Virus record (IMG/VR): IMGVR_UViG_3300035682_000035
Location: 1 to 62,304 of that record
Origin: a virus
Taxonomy: Duplodnaviria; Caudoviricetes
Length of the DNA: 62,304 bases
Reading direction: 5' to 3' (one strand)
Below, piece by piece: positions 55,311 through 62,304 of the stretch. Positions within the stretch are counted from its first letter, which is position 1, and each line of letters opens with the position of its first letter. Made by a program: the position numbers and the translations under genes. Under the pieces are notes generated by a model. That model had not been told where the DNA came from and did no database searches. It was given only the letters and a program-made list of their open reading frames with translations.

Positions 55311-56162
55311 TTACCAATCAAATTGTCCTAGTACCGAGTCCACATGCGCCTTGAGGTCACTGCGTGTTATCTCGTCCTTACGAATGTCCTCGACGTCTAC
55401 ACCGCTGATAGCCTTCTCCAGTGCTAGCCTAGCTGTCTCAAGCGTCGGGTCCTTAGTGATGTTTAGATGTGACAGGAGTTGGCACATCTCTTGTGCGTTG
55501 GTTACGAACGTAGACCGGAACTGCTTGGTCTCTTCGCCTTGTGGCTCGGTCAGCTTCTCGCTCATGGTCAGCAGTGTCGTATGTAGTTTATCCCATGTAG
55601 TTTTCATAGCATCGCCCACACGGTCGGTGTATGCTGTCTCGTACTGGTTGCGTAGGTGAGCTAGCTCGTCGTTGTTGATGTCAAGACGGAAGTCACCCAC
55701 CTCTGGCACAGGGCTGAACACCATGCGGAACCCGAACTTAGACGCCACTTCCTCTGCGCTTGGGTAGTTGGCACCATCGAACAGGTCACCAAGGCAGGTC
55801 TGTGCGGTCACTATTAGGTCGGGGTACTCTGCTACGAACTTAGACACCTTAGAGTTGAAGTATGCTGCACGTGCGTCCGCCTCTCGCTTATACTCTAGGA
55901 ACATAGACGTAGGCAGCAGCCTCACACCCTTGTCGGACCAAGGCAGTGTGCGTCCGTTGTGCCACGTGCGACAGAGCGCAGCGTAGTCAGCTATGTCCTT
56001 ACGCAAGCTAGTGCCAGCCATAAGGTTCTTTCGAAACTTACCAGCGTCAGCCACAGCATGTGCGTCTAGTGTTACCTTGTCAGTTGTCTTGCGGTCTACG
56101 ATAGCTGCTGTCCATACAGAGATGTTCATCTCCACCAGCATTGCTGAACTTGATATACTCAT
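55311..56162 (-). CDS. DUF3150-like protein; likely start MSISSS
   Basis: TLPWSDKGVRLLP, NYPSAEEV..KF, LN.T.DP; follows VWA gene. Confidence 0.65.
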   Translation of the reverse strand: MSISSSAMLVEMNISVWTAAIVDRKTTDKVTLDAHAVADAGKFRKNLMAGTSLRKDIADYAALCRTWHNGRTLPWSDKGVRLLPTSMFLEYKREADARAAYFNSKVSKFVAEYPDLIVTAQTCLGDLFDGANYPSAEEVASKFGFRMVFSPVPEVGDFRLDINNDELAHLRNQYETAYTDRVGDAMKTTWDKLHTTLLTMSEKLTEPQGEETKQFRSTFVTNAQEMCQLLSHLNITKDPTLETARLALEKAISGVDVEDIRKDEITRSDLKAHVDSVLGQFDW

Positions 56163-56173
56163 GTGCTTGCTCC

Positions 56174-57361
56174 TTAGTTGATATGTATTGTCTTGCCTGT
56201 TGATGCGACCATCTTGCCACCGCCTGTGATTACCCACAGTATCGGTGCGCCATTCCAGTCCGAACCCCAGTTAGGCACGAACCCGTCTGTGAACATGATG
56301 ATGCAGTCGGCCTTGATATCCTGCTCCTTGAGGTATTGCTCCATAGCGCCGGGGTTCGTACCACCCCCACCTACTGGCTTAGTGGAGTTACGGAATGACC
56401 CGCGTGTCGAGTCATCATACACTTCATGCCCTGCCATGGTGTGGTCCCAGTAGATGATGTGTAGCTTGTCAGGCGTAACCACAGATAAGATAGCGTCAGT
56501 CTCCGACAGGTTCCGTGTGTGGTCCTCGTTTGTGATGGACCCAGACGTATCACAGCCAATCACGATGTTTTTCACGCGCTCACCGACGAGGCTGGGCATG
56601 ATAGTATCTGATGATAGAAACCTACGGTTTGGTTTGCGCCACGATGAGTAGTCACGGCCAGCACAGGTAGTGTTGACGAACTCCTGTAACAGCGTACGCC
56701 AGTCTACCTTGGGCTCGAGGATGTCCGACAACTCACGCGACATACCACCAGCACCTTTGCCGTGCATCTTCTGTGCAGCAATCATACCCTGACGGATAGC
56801 TTGGTCTACTTGCTTAGACAGCTCTTCCTTCTCTTCCTTGGTCAGTTCGCTAGCACCTTCCCAGTCATGCTCGTCGAAGCCACCGCTGCCGCCACCGTCA
56901 CCGCCTTCTTGCTTCTCCTTCTTGAGAATGTCGAACACCTGCTTGGTATTCATACCTGCGAACCTGCGGTCTATAAGACCTGCTGGCTTACCATCCTTCT
57001 GCGGCATAGCTACCACCGTGCCACTCGGGTCACGGGTGATAATCTCTAGGTTGATGACGTAGTCACAGGCCATGTTAGTTAGCTGTGCGTCCTCCTGCCA
57101 TAGCTTCTGCCATGTAGTTAGGTGGCGATACATCTTGTGGAATGACTCATGCACCACGACGAAAGCTACCTCTGGTATGGATAGCGCGTCGATGAAGGCG
57201 CGTCCGTATATCTCGTCACGCCCGTTAGTAGCTGCGGTTGGTGTGGTCTCACACACCTCCTTCGTGCCCATCATGAAGATGCCGGACATGTCTGCGAACA
57301 ACGGGTTACGCATGAGGTCGATTACCACACGTGTTAGTTTACGCTCGGCTGTTAGTGCCAT
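56174..57361 (-). CDS. HExxH metallopeptidase plus VWA protein (DUF2201-like)
   Basis: PTAATNG, HESFH, ACDYVIN; MIDAS DTSGS, GGGGT, FTDG. Confidence 0.85.
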   Translation of the reverse strand: MALTAERKLTRVVIDLMRNPLFADMSGIFMMGTKEVCETTPTAATNGRDEIYGRAFIDALSIPEVAFVVVHESFHKMYRHLTTWQKLWQEDAQLTNMACDYVINLEIITRDPSGTVVAMPQKDGKPAGLIDRRFAGMNTKQVFDILKKEKQEGGDGGGSGGFDEHDWEGASELTKEEKEELSKQVDQAIRQGMIAAQKMHGKGAGGMSRELSDILEPKVDWRTLLQEFVNTTCAGRDYSSWRKPNRRFLSSDTIMPSLVGERVKNIVIGCDTSGSITNEDHTRNLSETDAILSVVTPDKLHIIYWDHTMAGHEVYDDSTRGSFRNSTKPVGGGGTNPGAMEQYLKEQDIKADCIIMFTDGFVPNWGSDWNGAPILWVITGGGKMVASTGKTIHIN

Positions 57362-57521
57362 TAGCTTGCTCCTTTAGTCTGTTAGTTGCGTATACGTATG
57401 CGCTTAGCTCGTCGGGGTGGTCGAAGAATGAAACGTGCATGACTTTGCGATTGGATAGATTAACCTGCCATATCGACCAAATCTCACTACGCTTCACATC
57501 CACCACGTGAAGCCCATCCAC
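57339..57521 (-). CDS. Small hypothetical protein
   Basis: Fills the gap between AAA and VWA genes. Confidence 0.55.
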   Translation of the reverse strand: MDGLHVVDVKRSEIWSIWQVNLSNRKVMHVSFFDHPDELSAYVYATNRLKEQANGTNSRA

Positions 57522-58594
57522 TAGAGGATGTCCACGTTAGCCAATGCCCAGTCGCGGAACTTAGTAGACGTAAAGCCAATCTGCTTCTTGTCTGGGTTCT
57601 TACACAGGTTGACTGCGAACACAGCTTGCCACTCTGGTGCCATGCGCTCGACATACTCCATGAACGGCGTGATTGTATTGCGGTCAATCTTGGCAATCGC
57701 ACCGAACACCATGACTGCGCATGCGCCGGGACTCTCGGGCAGCTTGGCCTTGGCTGGGTCCTTAGTGATGTCGTCCCACGTAGGTAGCTGGTCTTGATAC
57801 TCTACGAAGGCATGCATGTCCCGCGCAGCGGACTCACCGATTGTACCCACCATGGCTGCGAGTAGCGCGTTGGCTGTCAGCTTCTCACGCTGCTTGAGTA
57901 CGTCGTTAGACGCAAGCTGCAACGACCGACCTGATACGAAGCTACCCTGCTGCCGCTTGGGGTTGAAGATATACGGATTACTCTCTTGGTCACCGTCCAT
58001 GTATGATGCCATGGCATGCGGGAACTGATTAACCCAAGCCATGACAACGGGGTCGATGTCGTTAGTAACTGCCCATGCCAACCACTCGTCTGCGTCTGGC
58101 TTGCGCACCGTAACCGTAGTTACGCGGTTGCGTGTATGTGGCTTGACTGTATCGCCAAGACCTTCGCCTGCCATGTTGCCAGTCATAAGCACGATGGAAC
58201 CATCGCGCAGCACGTTGTTACCTAGCCGTGGCTTGCGCGACTCCAGCAGAGGGTGAAGCATATTCTGCACAGGCTGCGGTGCCTTGGTGAACTCGTCTAG
58301 CATGATAACCACAGGCTTGCCGGACTGTATCTGGAAGATAGCGTTAGCGAAGTACTCGGTTATCTGCTTGTCACGGTTGATACTCGGCATGGCGATGTCG
58401 CCAAGGTCGGCTTGTGCGCAGTCAAAGTATGCGTAGGCGTATGCGTCACCGAAGTGCCGCTCCAGTGCGCCCATGATGGATGACTTGCCAATCCCAGGCT
58501 CACCTTGAAGGAAGAACCGATTGTTAGGGCAGTTGATGATAAGGCTTGCAGCTTCTGCAAGTGACACAGTTGTGCCGAAGTTTAATGCACTCAT
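57521..58594 (-). CDS. MoxR-like AAA+ ATPase
   Basis: GEPGIGKS, IMLDE, MTGN, RNR, SGRS. Confidence 0.88.
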   Translation of the reverse strand: MSALNFGTTVSLAEAASLIINCPNNRFFLQGEPGIGKSSIMGALERHFGDAYAYAYFDCAQADLGDIAMPSINRDKQITEYFANAIFQIQSGKPVVIMLDEFTKAPQPVQNMLHPLLESRKPRLGNNVLRDGSIVLMTGNMAGEGLGDTVKPHTRNRVTTVTVRKPDADEWLAWAVTNDIDPVVMAWVNQFPHAMASYMDGDQESNPYIFNPKRQQGSFVSGRSLQLASNDVLKQREKLTANALLAAMVGTIGESAARDMHAFVEYQDQLPTWDDITKDPAKAKLPESPGACAVMVFGAIAKIDRNTITPFMEYVERMAPEWQAVFAVNLCKNPDKKQIGFTSTKFRDWALANVDIL

Positions 58595-58613
58595 GATATG
58601 CTCCTTGTTATTG

Positions 58614-58629
58614 CTTAACTACAGTTAAG
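58614..58629. promoter_or_regulatory. Operator-like palindrome CTTAAC-TACA-GTTAAG
   Basis: Between promoter 58686-58714 and AAA gene RBS. Confidence 0.7.
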
Positions 58630-58685
58630 ACTTTGCTTGGTTGTTGTGGTTGTCGTCCGCTTGTGCGGCTCTTTATTGTCCTATG

Positions 58686-58714
58686 GTTATACCACAGGTA
58701 TTTGCTTAGACCAA
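58686..58714 (-). promoter_or_regulatory. Promoter TTGGTC-N17-TATAAC with extended -10 TG
   Basis: 17-nt spacer; 14-bp identity to promoter at 1332-1360. Confidence 0.7.
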
Positions 58715-58716
58715 AC

Positions 58717-59634
58717 TCACCTGAAGTATCGGCCATAGCGGTCGTGTACGCACTTACCTGCTTCCACCCGTTCTTTGGTAAACAACTCGTCACGGTAGTG
58801 TTTATGCATAGTGTGCGTCAATTCTAGTCTGGCCTCGTTCAACAGCATGCGCCAGCGACCAGCGGTTAGCCATGCCATAGCTTTGTACCAGCTCTCGGTA
58901 TCACCGCTCTCTACTAAGCTAATCAACTGTGGCGGACCCTCGGGTGACCAGCTCAAGCCACCATGTGCTGGCAGACCCATCTCCCTACGCTCTTCGGGGG
59001 GAATAGACGGTAACCGTGGGTTATCTCTGCTCTCCTTGTCCCACGGACTATACTGCTTATCGTCCGCGCTTAGTTTAGCCATGACCTCGACATACTGCAT
59101 GAACGGTTTGTATTGCTTGGTTAGCTTGGCCTTCTCTTGCTTGTTCATGATGTGCTTATACGTAGGTGTCGGGTTGAGGTAGATGGGTGTATCGTGTTCG
59201 CGCAGTATGAACACTGCTTTGCGTGGGTTATTGTATCGTAGCTGTAGCGGATACTGCCCGATAACTTCTTCACCATCGACATGCGATACCGCATGCACCC
59301 AGTCCTCGTTATACTTACGCTGGATGTTAAGCACTGCTATGCGCTGTATACGCTCACGACACGCCGCACTTAAGTTCTGCTCAATAGTCACGCGCCCGTC
59401 AGGGTGGTAGGCCAGCAGTGCTTTGTTCTGGTCCTTCTGCCACGTGTTACCTATGCACACCGCTTTGTCCGTGTCGCGTATGTAGATAGCCAACCACTTC
59501 TGGTCGCGCCTACCCGCTGGCTTGGTTCCGTCCTTGTCACCTCTGATTGGTTCGACCTTGTTGAAGTGTGCGAGTGCAGCTGTGTAGCTGCGTAGTACGG
59601 GTAGTGCCCCGTATGTGTTCCAATTCAATGCCAT
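58717..59634 (-). CDS. Hypothetical early protein
   Basis: 305-aa ORF with SD AAGGAG. Confidence 0.8.
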   Translation of the reverse strand: MALNWNTYGALPVLRSYTAALAHFNKVEPIRGDKDGTKPAGRRDQKWLAIYIRDTDKAVCIGNTWQKDQNKALLAYHPDGRVTIEQNLSAACRERIQRIAVLNIQRKYNEDWVHAVSHVDGEEVIGQYPLQLRYNNPRKAVFILREHDTPIYLNPTPTYKHIMNKQEKAKLTKQYKPFMQYVEVMAKLSADDKQYSPWDKESRDNPRLPSIPPEERREMGLPAHGGLSWSPEGPPQLISLVESGDTESWYKAMAWLTAGRWRMLLNEARLELTHTMHKHYRDELFTKERVEAGKCVHDRYGRYFR

Positions 59635-59635
59635 C

Positions 59636-59914
59636 TCACTTCTCCTTGTATGCTTGAGCGTTCAGCTCGTTGCGTAGGTAGAACTCGCGGTAACCGCTCT
59701 GTCCACGGCGTAAGCCAAAGTCTGTTATCATCTTGCTAAGCTGCGGTTCGAGTGCGCGTAGTTGGTTACGTATTTCGATAACGTCAGTTAGGAGCTTGAT
59801 AGTAGCTATATCCGCTGCGTCATCTTCACGCCCGGGCAGCACTGTGCCTATGCCTACGCTGTTAGTGGAGTTTGTGTTTGTTGGTGTTATGTGGCGTATT
59901 GCTATTTGTGTCAT
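59636..59914 (-). CDS. Hypothetical protein; likely start MTQIAI
   Basis: In-frame ATG 59914 after GAGAG; removes most overlap. Confidence 0.6.
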   Translation of the reverse strand: MTQIAIRHITPTNTNSTNSVGIGTVLPGREDDAADIATIKLLTDVIEIRNQLRALEPQLSKMITDFGLRRGQSGYREFYLRNELNAQAYKEK

Positions 59915-60110
59915 TGGTTTCTCTTTCGTTATTATAGTCGTAGTCATGCTCTTGCTCGAGCCGCATGGCGTCACGTAGTGCTTCTTCGAAGCTGTCCCTA
60001 TATTTAGCCAGCACAGCCACCTCACATAGACGCATGAATAACTCGCCGTGCAGCCTGTTTGCTATCTGGACTAGCTTGAACGCAAGCCAACGTCTGACGG
60101 ACTCCATCAC
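59862..60110 (-). CDS. Hypothetical protein
   Basis: Coupled to upstream 59-aa ORF. Confidence 0.55.
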   Translation of the reverse strand: MMESVRRWLAFKLVQIANRLHGELFMRLCEVAVLAKYRDSFEEALRDAMRLEQEHDYDYNNERETNDTNSNTPHNTNKHKLH

Positions 60111-60286
60111 TCGTCCCCTTTGGTCTTGGACTCGGCGTCGATGGCCTTTGCAAACACCCGTATCGCTGCCAGCTTGCGCTCGACGTCGTAGATATAGTTG
60201 AGTGCTTTCTTAAGCAGGCTCTTGTCGTGCTCGTCTACCATGTCGTCGCGCATCTCGCGCAGTGCTTGTTTCTCTTCGAATGTCAT
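60107..60286 (-). CDS. 59-aa helical protein missed by ORF track (MTFEEKQALRE...)
   Basis: Start and stop overlap both neighbours; fills the gap. Confidence 0.7.
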   Translation of the reverse strand: MTFEEKQALREMRDDMVDEHDKSLLKKALNYIYDVERKLAAIRVFAKAIDAESKTKGDE

Positions 60287-60741
60287 GTTGTTACTTTCTT
60301 GGTTGGTAGTGTGAATGTTATGTCTAGTGCACGGTTTACCGTCGTTACGCAGTCTGCGTTGGTGCTCATGTTTATATCTATGTCTTGATACTCCTCTCCT
60401 ATACGCACGTACTCATATGCTATCTCGAACGGTGTGACGTTCGGGTCTTGGCTGACGCCATCCTTAACTGTGGTTACGGGCTCGGCATCTAGCAGTGCAT
60501 CAATCTCAGCGAACGCCTTGTCCACTTCTCTCGGATGCTCGTAGGCTTCGTACCACTTGACGTCCTCGTATGAGACGACGATTGCTCGGTTCTCCTCTTC
60601 GTAGTCGATGGTGGCGCACCATTCGCCCTTCGCTTCAGTATGCGGATAGTTTGCATCAAACCACAGCTTGAGCAGCGGATACGCCGTGTCGCTGTCACTA
60701 GGCACGTAGATAACTACAGTTACTTCTGAACGATAACCCAT
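60283..60741 (-). CDS. Hypothetical early protein
   Basis: MGYRSEV...VKWY...RIGEE..D; SD GGGGAG. Confidence 0.8.
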   Translation of the reverse strand: MGYRSEVTVVIYVPSDSDTAYPLLKLWFDANYPHTEAKGEWCATIDYEEENRAIVVSYEDVKWYEAYEHPREVDKAFAEIDALLDAEPVTTVKDGVSQDPNVTPFEIAYEYVRIGEEYQDIDINMSTNADCVTTVNRALDITFTLPTKKVTT

Positions 60742-60742
60742 C

Positions 60743-60838
60743 TCACTCCCCCTTCAATGTTGCGTGGATAGCCCAGACTGCGAAGATGCCTGCGCTTATA
60801 AAGAATATCTCGGCTGCTACGTGTAGTAGGGTGTTCAT
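60743..60838 (-). CDS. 31-aa single-TM peptide missed by ORF track
   Basis: MNTLLHVAAEIFFISAGIFAVWAIHATLKGE; SD AAGGAGCA; ATGA coupling. Confidence 0.65.
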   Translation of the reverse strand: MNTLLHVAAEIFFISAGIFAVWAIHATLKGE

Positions 60839-61065
60839 TGGTCTTGCTCCTTATCATTCCATTCTTCGCAGCTGCTGCACTGCCATTGCTTTGGCATAGC
60901 TGCCATTGGGTCACAGCCTTCACCGCAGTAGCTGCATGGTGCGTAGCTACAGTCGTATTCTATAAAGGCGGGGCTTAGTGGTATGTCGTAGAACTGATAC
61001 CCTTCGGCTTCCAGCTGCGCACGTAGTGCGGTGCCCTTGGCGAATAGTGCTGACTTGCTATACAT
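60835..61065 (-). CDS. Small Zn-ribbon protein
   Basis: CSYC...CSSC; SD AAGGAGCA. Confidence 0.65.
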   Translation of the reverse strand: MYSKSALFAKGTALRAQLEAEGYQFYDIPLSPAFIEYDCSYAPCSYCGEGCDPMAAMPKQWQCSSCEEWNDKEQDQ

Positions 61066-61291
61066 CTGCTTGCTCCTTAACTGTGGTTAAGCTTGGGAAC
61101 TTGTAGCCAAAGTCCTTGATTAATATGTCGCGTACATTTTCGCGGTCCACGCTGTCACCTTCGAACTCTATGTTTGTCCGGTGCTTGTGTATCTTAGTAG
61201 CTGACTTAACGTCGGTTAGCGTTACGCCCATCGGATACAGACCGCCCTTGCCATAGAAGCTAAGCACGTAGGTATAGAACTCATCCATCAT
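61058..61291 (-). CDS. Hypothetical protein; likely start MMDEFY
   Basis: FYG..GLYP...FEGDSVDRE.VRD; SD AAGGAGCA. Confidence 0.75.
   Translation of the reverse strand: MMDEFYTYVLSFYGKGGLYPMGVTLTDVKSATKIHKHRTNIEFEGDSVDRENVRDILIKDFGYKFPSLTTVKEQADV
61076..61091. promoter_or_regulatory. Operator-like palindrome CTTAAC-TGTG-GTTAAG
   Basis: Overlaps RBS of gene starting 61065. Confidence 0.6.
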
Positions 61292-61515
61292 TGGTCTTGC
61301 TCCTTCAGTTTCTCGTATATCTGCGCCATGCTCATGCCTTTGAGTTCTTCTGGCACTTCGACGTATTCGTCGATGGTTTCGTTGTTTTGACGCGCCCATT
61401 CTAAGATAGCTGCTAGCTTCTCCTCTGGTGTACGCTTGGCGTAGTTAGCCCATGCGTAGTGCTGCTTGCGTGACGCCATGAACGCATCAAACTTTTTCTT
61501 CCAATCACTCATCAT
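61288..61515 (-). CDS. Hypothetical protein
   Basis: Coupled ORF; SD GAGG. Confidence 0.7.
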   Translation of the reverse strand: MMSDWKKKFDAFMASRKQHYAWANYAKRTPEEKLAAILEWARQNNETIDEYVEVPEELKGMSMAQIYEKLKEQDQ

Positions 61516-61712
61516 GATGTCCTCTTCGGGTTGAGTTGAGCGAGCTCGGTTACGTTAGTAATCAGCATGTAGTTGCTCTTGTTGATTGGGGCGCTGCAGT
61601 ATGTGACTGCGTGGGCTTGCTTGTCGCCGCATGCTAAGCATGTATGGTAGCCCAGTCGGAACCGTTCGACAGAGAACGGCGTGTAGCAGTCTTTGCATAA
61701 GACCTGTGTCAT
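61512..61712 (-). CDS. C4 zinc-finger protein (DksA/TraR-like finger); likely start MTQVLC
   Basis: CKDC....SVER...G...CLACG; first gene after promoter. Confidence 0.65.
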   Translation of the reverse strand: MTQVLCKDCYTPFSVERFRLGYHTCLACGDKQAHAVTYCSAPINKSNYMLITNVTELAQLNPKRTS

Positions 61713-61715
61713 TTC

Positions 61716-61731
61716 CTTAACTCCAGTTAAG
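61716..61731. promoter_or_regulatory. Operator-like palindrome CTTAAC-TCCA-GTTAAG
   Basis: Overlaps the SD of the first early gene. Confidence 0.7.
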
Positions 61732-61782
61732 CGTTTTGTGTGCGCTTGGTTTTTCATTGTATCGACGTTCTGCCGATTATTT

Positions 61783-61811
61783 AAAGTAGCACAAAGTCCC
61801 TCTTATGTCAA
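61783..61811 (-). promoter_or_regulatory. Main early promoter TTGACA-N17-TACTTT with extended -10 TG
   Basis: Consensus -35, 17-nt spacer, heads the early operon. Confidence 0.8.
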
Positions 61812-61819
61812 ATGGGGCT

Positions 61820-62177
61820 CGGAATTGGTAATGTAGGGTTTTGTGGAATGTTTAAATACCCTCATTTGTTTTCTAACTTTATTGGGCGGCTGGAGAGGCC
61901 CAGAAATGTGGGGTTTTTTGGGGGTAGTAGTATAGTATAGTTTTAAAGTTAATAAGTTATAAGGAAAATAGTGAACGCTGCCCTTTTCGCCTTTTGCATA
62001 GCGTGAAGGGGCGACCCGAACAGCGACTGCTCAGAAATCAAAATCCCCGCTCATTACCCAATAACTTTCCTACTTCCTACAATAGGGGGTTAAAGCGTTG
62101 AAATATAAGGGAAACTAAAGTTATCGTTTTAAACCCGCCAAATAACTTTGCACTATTTAGCCTACTTTGCATTTTCT
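61820..62177. other. AT-rich non-coding region, candidate replication origin
   Basis: No ORF of 60 aa or more; inverted AAGTTAT/ATAACTT repeats; G-rich left, C-rich right. Confidence 0.45.
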
Positions 62178-62304
62178 TGTTGACTTACCTGTTTTTGGAC
62201 GTTAGGTTGAGCTCAACCTAACGGTCGAGGCGCTCACCCAACCAGTTAGCTCAGACGCTCACCCAACCAGTTAGCTTCTACTATCACCGCAAACTATCAT
62301 GACT
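62178..62304. repeat. Terminal direct repeat (copy of 1-127)
   Basis: Exact identity. Confidence 0.95.

Noticed and set aside
58608-58827. Small ORFs 58608-58793 (-) and 58633-58827 (+)
   Set aside because: They overlap a promoter, an operator and the upstream gene end; no RBS.
60720-60923. 67-aa ORF from the track
   Set aside because: Overlaps both neighbours; the 31-aa ORF in another frame has the RBS and coupling.
62061-62149. loxP-like site
   Set aside because: Only ATAACTT matches a lox arm, spacing is wrong, and no recombinase is present.
1-62304. tRNA, rRNA, integrase, phage RNA polymerase, introns or inteins
   Set aside because: None recognised by eye; terL, polA and helicases are uninterrupted. 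tRNAscan and HMM searches are needed to exclude them formally.

Overview
The window is a complete, circularly assembled dsDNA tailed-phage genome of 62,177 bp; bases 1-127 repeat as 62178-62304. The + strand (about 1.8-40.7 kb) holds late genes: HNH, terminases, portal, GroES-like, scaffold, major capsid, small Lys-rich proteins, adaptor and nozzle, fibres, amidase plus holin, and ejection-type proteins. I see no tape measure or tail tube, so a short-tailed podovirus-like virion is inferred. The - strand (40.8-61.8 kb plus one isolated gene at 400-1275) holds early and replication genes: primase-helicase, SSB-like, SNF2 helicase, PD-(D/E)XK nuclease, PolA, VRR-NUC and an AAA/VWA module. I found no integrase, tRNA, rRNA or CRISPR. 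A GcrA-like ORF and a GCTATATC -10 element hint at an alphaproteobacterial host (inference). The most striking unexplained structure is a candidate two-layer regulatory circuit. (1) A ~65-nt two-hairpin RNA at 40717-40781 (-) has its own sigma70-type promoter and terminator. Its first hairpin carries UGCUCCUU(C), complementary to an AAGGAGCA ribosome-binding site shared by 14 early genes and absent from the late RBSs I read; its second loop matches a GGAGU class of early RBSs. (2) A palindromic CTTAAC-N4-GTTAAG operator recurs at early promoters and RBSs. Family assignments come from motif recognition only; no searches were run.
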